This document shows, piece after piece, positions 38,601 to 46,993 of a DNA stretch of 64,000 nucleotides. Made by a program: the position numbers and the translations under genes. Source of the stretch: Candidatus Aminicenantes bacterium (GTDB taxonomy: Bacteria; Acidobacteriota; Aminicenantia; Aminicenantales; JAFGBC01). Positions within the stretch are counted from its first letter, which is position 1; each line of letters opens with the position of its first letter. The stretch spans positions 704,001-768,000 of the forward strand of contig OY969696.1 in the NCBI GenBank assembly GCA_963702005.1. Reading direction: 5' to 3'. The notes beneath the pieces are model-generated. The model did no database searches. It was not told the DNA's origin and saw only the letters and a program-made list of their open reading frames with translations.

Positions 38601-40942
38601 GACTTTCCGGAGGTCACGATCTCCTTGATTTTATCGGCGCCGGCGACCCCGCTGTTGAGCCAGATACAAACGGTTTTTTCCAGAAGCTTCCGGAAGAACG
38701 CCCTGTGCGCTTCCAGCCTGTCGGGCGTCCCCGGAAGAAGGTGGGGGTTGAAGAAAGGCTGGTTCCTGGACGGCGTCAGGTGTTTCCCCGCTCCCGAGGT
38801 CTCGCCGGTTTCAAGGATGCGGAGGGCCTCTTCGGCCGGAAGCGTGACGGCCTCGGGCGAGAAGGCGTCTCGGCGCAGGATGAACAGCCAGCGGAGGGTG
38901 GTTCGTTTGGCGTAGGCCGCGCTACCGCCCAGCCAATGGGGGTCGAGGAGGGCGTGGGCGTCTTTGGAGGCTTTGTAGCAGAACCCCGTCCCCCGGTCGA
39001 GCCGGCATTCCTGGAGCCGCTGGCAGTCCGCGTCCTGACAGTCCTCCTTGCGGATGATCACGTTCTCGCACTTGGAATTGTCGAAGAGGGAGGCGAGCCG
39101 GGGGAAAGCCTCGACAGCCGCGGTCGGGAGATAGAGCTTGCGCTCGACGTTGTCCGATTGGGGTTCGCCGTCGCTCATCCGGACGAAGGCGAGGTCGGTC
39201 GCGTGGAGCCGGAAGCGGGGGTCTCCGAGGAGTCCGAAGAAAAGCTCGGTCTTGGCGGTCCCCTTGGGGCCGATCAGGATGAGCCCCTTCCCCCCGCAAT
39301 CGGCCGCCATGCCGCGGACGGACTGCGCGCCCGACAGCCGTTCCGCGATGTCGGCGACCAGGCCGAGGGCCAGGCTCCGGAGCGGACCGTAGCCGTCGCT
39401 GTTGACGAGGACGCCCGTCTGAGTTTCGGCGTTGGTGAAGGCGCGCGGCTCCCGGCCCGGAATCCCGTCGACGGCATAGATGACGGCGTGGGGTTTCACG
39501 TCGGCGTCCAGCTGGGCCGGCGACCAGTTGTCCATCCAGAAGTCGTAGAGATGGGCGACGTTGGTCCGGAGCCGAACGATCAGGCCGTTGATGTTCGCGT
39601 TCCACTCGAAATCGCGGCCGGGACCGAGCCGGCTCTCCGCCTCGGCGACCAGGCCTTCGCGGACCGGAAGCGGAACGGCCGCTTCGACGGGGACGGGCTT
39701 CCGGACCCGGGTCAGGACGTTGTCGAGGGCGATCCGCTTGACCTTCTTGGCCGCCCTGAGCCTGGACATGGCTTCGACGATGCGGTCCATGCCCTTCTCC
39801 AGGTTCTCCATGGACGTCGCGTAGGAGAAGCGGATGTAGTCATCCGCCCCGAAGGCGTCGCCCGGGATAAGGGCGACCCGGGCCTGCTTGAGGAGATAGT
39901 ACGACAGCCCGTACGAGTTCCGGATCGCCAAGCCGTCGCATTCCTTGTCGTAGTAGGCCGAGACGTTGGGAAACAGGTAGAACGCGCCCTGGGGCTTGAA
40001 GCAGGAGACCTGGGGGACGGCCTGAAGGCGCATCAGGCAGTAATTCCGGCGACGCTGGAATTCGGCGACCATCCGCGAGACCTCATGCTGAGGTCCGGCC
40101 AAGGCTTCCACGCTCGCCTTTTGGGAAATCGAGCAGGCGTTGGACGTGCTGTGGCTTTGGATCTTGGCCATTCCGGCGATGACGTCGGCGGGTCCGGCCG
40201 CGTAGCCGATCCGCCAGCCCGTCATCGAATAAGCCTTTGAGACGCCGTTGATCAGGATCGTCTTTTTCTTGACGGCCTCGCCCAGGGCGGCGAAGCTCGT
40301 GAACTTGAATTCGTCGTAGACGAGGGCGGCATAGATCTCGTCGGCGATGACATAGATGTCCTCGTCCTTGATGACCGCGGCCAGGGCCTCGAGCTCCTCC
40401 CGGCTGTAAGCGGCGCCGGTCGGGTTCGAGGGGTTATTGAGGAGGAGGGCCTTGGTCGCCGGCGTGATGGCGGCCTTGAGCTCCTCGGCGGTCAGCCGGA
40501 ATCCGTTCTCCTCGCGAGTCGGGACGATGACCGGCTTCCCCAGGGCCAGGGCGACGGATTCGGGATAGGTCACCCAGTAGGGCGCCGGGATGATGACTTC
40601 GTCGCCTTCATTGACGAGAGCCTGGATAAGATGGTAGAGGGAGCTTTTTGCGCCGGAGGACACGATGACCTGATTCATCTCGTATCCGAGCCCGCAGTCC
40701 TCCTTGAGCCGGGCCAGGACGGCCTTCTTGAGGGCCGGAATCCCCTCGTTCTCGGTGTACTTGGTGAAGTTCTGCTCGATGGCCTTGATGCCGGCCGCCT
40801 TGACGTTGGCCGGGGTCGGGAAGTCGGGTTCGCCCAGGCTCAGGTCGACGACGTCGATGCCCTCGGCCTTCATGGCCATGGCCTTGGCCGAGATCTTCAG
40901 GGTCGGGGATGATCCGATCTTGCTGGCCTTGTCGGAGATCAT
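38573..40942 (-). CDS. Class I/II PLP aminotransferase (AspAT-like) fused to a degenerate PEPCK/HprK-like P-loop domain
   Basis: GEPDF, NNPSNPTG, DEIY, SKAYSMTGWRIG in the first ~395 aa; C-terminal half has GLILIGPKGTAKT and a Cys cluster. Confidence 0.85.
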   Translation of the reverse strand: MISDKASKIGSSPTLKISAKAMAMKAEGIDVVDLSLGEPDFPTPANVKAAGIKAIEQNFTKYTENEGIPALKKAVLARLKEDCGLGYEMNQVIVSSGAKSSLYHLIQALVNEGDEVIIPAPYWVTYPESVALALGKPVIVPTREENGFRLTAEELKAAITPATKALLLNNPSNPTGAAYSREELEALAAVIKDEDIYVIADEIYAALVYDEFKFTSFAALGEAVKKKTILINGVSKAYSMTGWRIGYAAGPADVIAGMAKIQSHSTSNACSISQKASVEALAGPQHEVSRMVAEFQRRRNYCLMRLQAVPQVSCFKPQGAFYLFPNVSAYYDKECDGLAIRNSYGLSYYLLKQARVALIPGDAFGADDYIRFSYATSMENLEKGMDRIVEAMSRLRAAKKVKRIALDNVLTRVRKPVPVEAAVPLPVREGLVAEAESRLGPGRDFEWNANINGLIVRLRTNVAHLYDFWMDNWSPAQLDADVKPHAVIYAVDGIPGREPRAFTNAETQTGVLVNSDGYGPLRSLALGLVADIAERLSGAQSVRGMAADCGGKGLILIGPKGTAKTELFFGLLGDPRFRLHATDLAFVRMSDGEPQSDNVERKLYLPTAAVEAFPRLASLFDNSKCENVIIRKEDCQDADCQRLQECRLDRGTGFCYKASKDAHALLDPHWLGGSAAYAKRTTLRWLFILRRDAFSPEAVTLPAEEALRILETGETSGAGKHLTPSRNQPFFNPHLLPGTPDRLEAHRAFFRKLLEKTVCIWLNSGVAGADKIKEIVTSGKSNPRHSWKP

Positions 40943-40971
40943 GGCAGACTATTCCGTCGGAGTCCGGGCCC

Positions 40972-42387
40972 TCAGCCGGCTTTCTCGCCTTTCTTAGGCT
41001 CGGGCGTGAGCTTGTCCTTGAGGAACTTCTGGAAGTCGACCCCGGTCAGGGTTTTGACGACCTCGGGCATTTGGGCCAGGATCTGGCCGACCTGGGCCGT
41101 CAGCTTGGTCGTGCCTAATTCTTTGTCTCCGCCGACGATAACGATCTTGTCGACCTTGGACAGGGGCTCGGCGATGGACTTGGCGAGCTGGGGCAGGACG
41201 CGGAGGTACATTTCGAGCAGGGCCGCATCGTTGTATTGCTTCCAGGCCTTGGACTTCTCGACCATGGCCTCGGCTTCGGCCAGGCCCTTCTGGCGGATCT
41301 TATCGGCCTCGATCCCGCCCTCGAGCCGCAGGGCCTCGGCCTTGCCGCGGGCTTCGGCCTGGATCCGGAACTCCTCGGCCTCGGCCTCGGCCCGGATCTG
41401 GTACTTGCGGGCGTCGGCCGTCCGGATGACGCTCGCTTCGAGTTCCTTCTCCTTGCGGCTGATCTCGAGGGTTTCGATCTGGATGGCCTGCTCCTTCTCG
41501 ATGATCAGGACCTTGGCCTCCTCCTTCTTGATCTCCTGGTTGAGCCGATGGCGCTCGAGCTCGTAGGCGAAGTCGGCCTGGGCCTTTTTCTGGTTGACGG
41601 CGGTTTGGGACTCGGCTTTCTTGGCCTCGTTCTCCCACTGGGCCTTGGCGATATGGGCGTCGGACTGGAGGCGGGCGACCTCGGCTTCCTTACGGGCCTG
41701 GCTGGACCGGATGACGGCCTCTTTCTCCGTCTCGGCCTCGGCGACCGCGGCGTCGCGCTTGGCGGCCGAGATGAGGGGCCGGGATAGGGAGTCGATATAA
41801 CCCTGGGTGTCGCTGATCCCCATCAGGGAGAAGGACATCAGGGTCAGGCCCATCCGGGACAGGTCGTGAAGGGCGGCCTGGATGACGCGGTTTGCAAACT
41901 CTTGCCGTCCCCGATAGATTTCTTCGACGCTCATCGTCCCGATGACCTCGCGCATCTTGCCCTCGAGGATCGCCATCGAGATGTGACGGATGCCGTCTTT
42001 GCCCAGGCCGAGAAACTGTTCGGCGGCCAGGCGAATGCCCTGGTCCGAGGAGTCGACCTTGAGCTGGGCAACCCCTTCGGCCATGACCGGGACGCCGCCG
42101 TGGGTCAGGACCTCGGGCGTCTTGATCGTGAGGGGGATGACCTCCAGGGGCAGGACGTTGACGATCTCCAATAAGGGCCAGACAAAAGTCCCTCCGCCCA
42201 GCCGGCAACGGTAGCCGACCTTGCGCTTGGCGCCGTCCGGTCCGACGACCGTCCGTTTCCGGCCGCCCGAGACGATCAGGGCCTCGTTGGGGCCGACCTT
42301 CCGGTACTGTTTGGACATGACGAGGGCGATCAGGATCAGGACGACGAGTATGATACCGGCGATGATAAGCTTGGCTACGATGGTCAT
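40972..42387 (-). CDS. Flotillin / SPFH-domain protein
   Basis: N-terminal TM, PNEALIVSG, LEGKMREVIG.M.VEEI, AEA-rich coiled coil. Confidence 0.9.
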   Translation of the reverse strand: MTIVAKLIIAGIILVVLILIALVMSKQYRKVGPNEALIVSGGRKRTVVGPDGAKRKVGYRCRLGGGTFVWPLLEIVNVLPLEVIPLTIKTPEVLTHGGVPVMAEGVAQLKVDSSDQGIRLAAEQFLGLGKDGIRHISMAILEGKMREVIGTMSVEEIYRGRQEFANRVIQAALHDLSRMGLTLMSFSLMGISDTQGYIDSLSRPLISAAKRDAAVAEAETEKEAVIRSSQARKEAEVARLQSDAHIAKAQWENEAKKAESQTAVNQKKAQADFAYELERHRLNQEIKKEEAKVLIIEKEQAIQIETLEISRKEKELEASVIRTADARKYQIRAEAEAEEFRIQAEARGKAEALRLEGGIEADKIRQKGLAEAEAMVEKSKAWKQYNDAALLEMYLRVLPQLAKSIAEPLSKVDKIVIVGGDKELGTTKLTAQVGQILAQMPEVVKTLTGVDFQKFLKDKLTPEPKKGEKAG

Positions 42388-42483
42388 GACAACCTCCTAA
42401 ACGCGTCTCCCCGTGACGAGAAGAAACCTAATCTATTCTAAACCTGCCCCGTTCGTCAAGCGACCGGCCCGGACGGCCCCGCC

Positions 42484-43227
42484 TCATCCGTAGGCCATGA
42501 ACAGGATGCTTTTCTTCTTGAGGATCTCCCGCTGGGCCTGGATGAGCTTGGCGATCCCATCGTCGGCCAGCTTGAGAAGGTTTCCCAGCTCCTTGCGGGT
42601 GAAGGGGTTCCGCTCGGCGCCGGCTTGGATCTCCACGAGCTGGCCCCGATCGGTCTCGACGACGTTCATGTCCAAGTCGGCCCGGGAATCCTCGCCGTAG
42701 TCCAGGTCGAGGAGGGTCTGGCCGGCCACGATCCCGACGCTGACCCCGGCGACCAGGTGGCGGAGGGGCATCTGGTCGATGACCTTGTCGTCCATCATCT
42801 TCTTAAGGGCCAGGGCCAGGGCGACGCAGCCGGCCGTGACCGAAGCCGTCCGGGTCCCGCCGTCGGCCTGGATGACGTCGCAGTCGACGATGATCGTCCG
42901 TTCCCCCAGGACGGAAAGCTCCGTGACCGATCTCAGGACCCGCCCGATCAGGCGCTGAATCTCCTGGCTGCGTCCCGACATCCGCCCCTGGTTCCGCTCC
43001 CGCTGGGTTCGTTTTTCGGTCGAGCGGGGAAGCATGGAGTACTCGGCCGTGACCCAGCCCTGTCCGCTGCCCTTGAGGAAGGGCGGGACCTTATCGTCGA
43101 CCGAAGCGGCGGCCACGACCCTCGTCTTCCCGACCTCGATATAAGCCGACCCCTCGGCAAAGTCGAGGTAGTCCGTCTTGATCCTGAAAAGCCGGAGCTC
43201 GTCGTCGGCCCGGTTGTTGAGTCTCAT
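42484..43227 (-). CDS. rph: Ribonuclease PH
   Basis: GWVTAEYSMLP, EIQRLIGR, QADGGTRTAS, DLDY.EDS.A..DMNV. Confidence 0.96.
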   Translation of the reverse strand: MRLNNRADDELRLFRIKTDYLDFAEGSAYIEVGKTRVVAAASVDDKVPPFLKGSGQGWVTAEYSMLPRSTEKRTQRERNQGRMSGRSQEIQRLIGRVLRSVTELSVLGERTIIVDCDVIQADGGTRTASVTAGCVALALALKKMMDDKVIDQMPLRHLVAGVSVGIVAGQTLLDLDYGEDSRADLDMNVVETDRGQLVEIQAGAERNPFTRKELGNLLKLADDGIAKLIQAQREILKKKSILFMAYG

Positions 43228-43248
43228 GACCGTCCTTCCTTCGCGCCG

Positions 43249-44145
43249 TCAGGGCGCTCCGGCCGGCCGCGACTTCCAGCGATTGTGAAACCAGAGCCAC
43301 TGGGCCGGCCGCTCGCTTATCTCGGCCTCGATAATCTTAGTGCAGAGCTGGGTTATTTTCAACACGTCCCGGTCGAAGTCGCCCTCGGAACGGACCCGGA
43401 CCGGAGGATGGATCTTCAGGCGGTAGCCGCGCGGCGGGTCGGACGCGCAGAAGACGGGGAGGAGGGGGGCGCGGGTCCTGAGATGGAGGGCGGCCAGGGC
43501 CGGGGTCGTGGCGGCGGCCTTGCCGAAGAAGTCAACGAACACGGCCTGGCTGCGGAGGACGTTCTGGTCGATGAGAATGGCCACCATCTCGTTTCGACGT
43601 AGGGCCTGGAGGATCGGCCGCGACGCCCATGTCTTGTAGATAACCTCGGCGCCGAGCGCGGCGCGGACGGCGGCCAACTCCTTTTCCAAGAGCGCGTTAT
43701 CGAGTGCGCGGGCCACGACCTTGAGCCGTCCCCGCCGAGAGATCGAGGCGGCTCCGACCTCCCAATTTCCGAAATGGGCCGTGAAGAGTAAAACCCCTTT
43801 CCCTTCCCCGAGGGCGGCATCGAGATGCTCGGCGCCCTCGACCGAAATGCGCTTGGCGACTTCGTCGGGTCCGAGCTCGGCCAGCTTGAGGATGTCGAAC
43901 AGGATCGCGCCGAAATGCCGGAAGGAAGCGCGGGCGATCCGGTCGCGCTCGGGGACGGCCAGATCTCGGCCGAAGGCCGTCCGGAGGTTGTCCTTGGCGA
44001 GCCGGCGATGCCGGGCGTCCAGGCCGTAGGCCAGCAGGCCGAGGCCGCGGCCAAGAGCCAAGCAGATCGGCCTGGGCAGGATACGGATGAGGCCCCTCAA
44101 GGCCCTGAAGGCTAATAACTCGAACGGGCTTCGCTTTTGGGCCAT
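43249..44145 (-). CDS. Lipid A lauroyl/myristoyl acyltransferase (LpxL/HtrB family)
   Basis: TAHFGNWE, LIDQN, VDFFG, PAQWLWFHNRWK. Confidence 0.88.
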   Translation of the reverse strand: MAQKRSPFELLAFRALRGLIRILPRPICLALGRGLGLLAYGLDARHRRLAKDNLRTAFGRDLAVPERDRIARASFRHFGAILFDILKLAELGPDEVAKRISVEGAEHLDAALGEGKGVLLFTAHFGNWEVGAASISRRGRLKVVARALDNALLEKELAAVRAALGAEVIYKTWASRPILQALRRNEMVAILIDQNVLRSQAVFVDFFGKAAATTPALAALHLRTRAPLLPVFCASDPPRGYRLKIHPPVRVRSEGDFDRDVLKITQLCTKIIEAEISERPAQWLWFHNRWKSRPAGAP

Positions 44146-44148
44146 GAT

Positions 44149-45144
44149 TCAGGTCCGCGGAAAGAAGGGCTTCAAGGCCGTCTTGACCCGCTCGAAAAAT
44201 CCGCTCTCGAGCTCGATCCTGATCTTGAGGGCGAAGACGGGAAGCCCCGCCAGGAGTTCGCCCGGGGGATCAAGCTTGACGGCGTCTTTTTCGGTCGTGA
44301 CCGCAAGTTCCGCCCCCGATTCTTCGTACGCAGCGCGGAGGTTCTTTCGGCCGGGCGGCGGATAGCTGAAATGGTCGGGAAAGGCGAGGCGGCGCCGGAT
44401 GAGGGCCCCCGATTGCTCCAAAAGCTCGAAGAACCGCTCCGGCCCGGCAATACCGCAGAAGGCCAATACCTTTTTCCCGTTAAGCCGGTTCGCCGGGAGC
44501 GTTTCCTTCCCGTCCAAGCTCACGAGCCCGTCGGGACGGACCCGATAGGGCAGAACCTTTTCCGGCGCCAAGAGTTCGTCGGCTTTGCCGAGCCGGAGGC
44601 GGTTTCGGACGAGGACCAGATCGGCTCTTTTCAGGGAGGAGAGAGGTTCCCGGAGGATCGGGGACCCCGCCGGGTTGACCAGGACGATATCCAGATCGCG
44701 GTGAAGGCGGCGGTGCTGGAAGCCGTCGTCGAGAACCGCGACCTGAAATCCCATTTCTCGAGCCTTCCGGCAGGAGTCGAGGCGGCGCTTGCCGACGAAG
44801 ACCCCCGCTGCGGGAAGCTTGCGGGCGACCAGGGCGGGTTCGTCGCCGCCCTCCCGCCAGCCGGCCGGGAGTCCCTTGCCGGCCGACACGACCCCCCCAG
44901 GTCCTTCCCAGCGGCCTTTATACCCCCTGGAGATAAGCGCGGGCCTTAGGCCGAGGCCGAGGAGCCAGGACAGCAGCTCTATGGCCAGGGGTGTCTTTTC
45001 CGTTCCTCCGAACGAGATATTTCCGACGCTGATAACGGGAATGGAGGACCGGGCCGGCCGCCTGATGCCCCAGGCGTAGAGCCTGTTCTTGATCCGGCAG
45101 CCAGTCTGGTGAAGGAAGGAAAAGAGACCCCGAAGAACGACCAT
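44149..45144 (-). CDS. lpxK: Tetraacyldisaccharide 4'-kinase
   Basis: ISVGNISFGGTEKTP, SRGY, GDEP, LDDGFQH, FPDH, TTEKDAVK. Confidence 0.93.
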   Translation of the reverse strand: MVVLRGLFSFLHQTGCRIKNRLYAWGIRRPARSSIPVISVGNISFGGTEKTPLAIELLSWLLGLGLRPALISRGYKGRWEGPGGVVSAGKGLPAGWREGGDEPALVARKLPAAGVFVGKRRLDSCRKAREMGFQVAVLDDGFQHRRLHRDLDIVLVNPAGSPILREPLSSLKRADLVLVRNRLRLGKADELLAPEKVLPYRVRPDGLVSLDGKETLPANRLNGKKVLAFCGIAGPERFFELLEQSGALIRRRLAFPDHFSYPPPGRKNLRAAYEESGAELAVTTEKDAVKLDPPGELLAGLPVFALKIRIELESGFFERVKTALKPFFPRT

Positions 45145-45258
45145 TCAGAGGGGACTATACATCATTCCCCTCCCTGATTCAACCGATCCCGGCCCTTTAC
45201 ATCTCGCTTGTATTTTCCTATAATACGTCGGTAGTTTTTCGTTGAACGAGGAGGAACT

Positions 45259-46125
45259 ATGAGGAGTAAGGCACTTATCGCGCTTCTCGCCGTCGGGATG
45301 GCGCTCACCTTCATCTCGTGCCAGAAAAAGGCCAAGGTCGAGGGCGTCGATCTGGCCGTCAGCTTCGCCGATCAGCCCCTGACCGACAACCTGATGACGA
45401 ACGTCACCTACGCCTGGAAGACGGCCGCGGGCTTCAAGAAGATGTCCCAGGACTTCATGGTTTTCGTCCACTTTTGGCACAACAACAACCTTCTGGTCCA
45501 AGACGATTATAGCCTTGAGGTTCCGACGACCAAATGGGAGCCCGGGAAGGAATACAAGACGACCCGGCGGATCTACATCCCCCGCTTCATAGACGAATTC
45601 GATCCCCAGTTCAAAGGCCAGGAAAACTTGGTTCTGGCCGTAGGCCTCTATAATCCCTATGACCGGACCGGCAAGTCCGAGCTCGAAGTCTACCGCAAGA
45701 AGCTCGATGTCCTACCGCCCCCCGTCGACACGCCCGAAATCATCTACGAGGACGGCTGGTACGACAAGGAGACCAACGCCGAAGCCGCCCTCAAGGAATG
45801 GCGCTGGACCGGCAAGGAAGCCAAGTGCCTGATCGATAATCCTCACCGCGACGCCCTTCTCGTCATCCAGGGCGGGGTCAACCTCGAGGCCGTGCCGGGC
45901 CAAAAGATCATCTTCAAGATCAACGACACGGTCCTTGATGAGTTCGCCCCTTCCTCGAGCGCCTTCGACAAGACCTACCGGATTAAAAAGGAAGCGCTCG
46001 GCGACAAAGACGACTTCGTCCTGACCATAGGCGTCGATAAAACCTTCGTCCCCGGAAAAATCTTTCCCCAAGCGGGAGATCAGAGGGAATTGGGCGCCCA
46101 GGTCTCTTTCATCTATTTCCGCTGA
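45259..46125 (+). CDS. Hypothetical lipoprotein
   Basis: GGAGGA SD; lipobox-like LTFISC; beta-rich; followed by a terminator. Confidence 0.7.
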   Translation: MRSKALIALLAVGMALTFISCQKKAKVEGVDLAVSFADQPLTDNLMTNVTYAWKTAAGFKKMSQDFMVFVHFWHNNNLLVQDDYSLEVPTTKWEPGKEYKTTRRIYIPRFIDEFDPQFKGQENLVLAVGLYNPYDRTGKSELEVYRKKLDVLPPPVDTPEIIYEDGWYDKETNAEAALKEWRWTGKEAKCLIDNPHRDALLVIQGGVNLEAVPGQKIIFKINDTVLDEFAPSSSAFDKTYRIKKEALGDKDDFVLTIGVDKTFVPGKIFPQAGDQRELGAQVSFIYFR

Positions 46126-46142
46126 GCTGAATCGACTTTTAA

Positions 46143-46181
46143 GGCCGGCCTCCCGCCCGGAGCGGGAGCCGGCTTTTTTTT
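46143..46181 (+). terminator. Intrinsic terminator
   Basis: gccggc.tcccgc...gcggga.gccggc hairpin followed by a T8 run. Confidence 0.75.
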
Positions 46182-46267
46182 ATCTCAGGCAAGACAAGAC
46201 AAGATGAATGGAAAACAAGTCGGCGATAAAGGGCGAATAAGCTTAAAAACCTTGAAGGTCAGCGGAT

Positions 46268-46855
46268 TCAGAGAGGCGGCGCGTTCTCTTTCCCGACCCG
46301 GGCGATATAGTCGTCGAGCTCTTTTTTAACGGCGTTTTCTTCCCCCCGGGCCTTTTCCATCTTGTCGAAGGTCAGGGCGATCTCCTGTTGGATCGTATCC
46401 CGGGGCGTCATATCATCGAGGCTGTAAAATTGCTGCCAGAGGGCGGCTATTTTCAGCTCCAAGAGGTCGGCGTATTCCTTAGCCTGGGCGTATCTGGCCT
46501 CGAGGTTGGTCCGATAGCCGTCCGCCATCCCGGGAATCGCGCCCGGTTCCGAATCCAAGGGAGGCCCGTTAAGAGCCTGCTCGGCCTCTCCCTGGCGATA
46601 TTCCGTGGACTGCTCCCCTTCAGGGGCGGATTGGCCCGCCGTTTCCGTCTGGGGCGGGGCCGGCGGAGTTTCCAACCCGGCCTTCTTCTTATTTTTGCCC
46701 AAGTCGGCATTCGTTATGGCGACGGGCCGTTTTCCCTTGAGGCCGTCGCGACGTTCCTTCTCCTTCTTGGAGAGCTCGGACAGGCTTTGGGCGGCAAGGA
46801 TCGAAACAAGGAATAGGGGCAGGATCAGCATAATAAACGCTTTTTTCATTCCCAT
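46268..46855 (-). CDS. Hypothetical secreted protein
   Basis: Signal peptide, QSLSELSKKEKERR, ITNADL, helical C-terminus. Confidence 0.65.
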   Translation of the reverse strand: MGMKKAFIMLILPLFLVSILAAQSLSELSKKEKERRDGLKGKRPVAITNADLGKNKKKAGLETPPAPPQTETAGQSAPEGEQSTEYRQGEAEQALNGPPLDSEPGAIPGMADGYRTNLEARYAQAKEYADLLELKIAALWQQFYSLDDMTPRDTIQQEIALTFDKMEKARGEENAVKKELDDYIARVGKENAPPL

Positions 46856-46908
46856 ATCGCCTATAGAAATTATAGGCATGCCTCCGGTCTTTGTCAATCC
46901 GCCCCGCG

Positions 46909-46993
46909 AATTCGGGGGACACACGACTTAATTCCGGACTCCTTCTTTATCGACAATAGCAGCTTGAGAATTAAGTCGTGTGTCCCCCGAATT
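46909..46993. repeat. Perfect 26-bp inverted repeat (GGGGACA...TGTCCCC type) overlapping the comEC 3' end
   Basis: aattcgggggacacacgacttaattc (46909-46934) and its exact reverse complement (46968-46993), 33-bp spacer. Confidence 0.9.
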
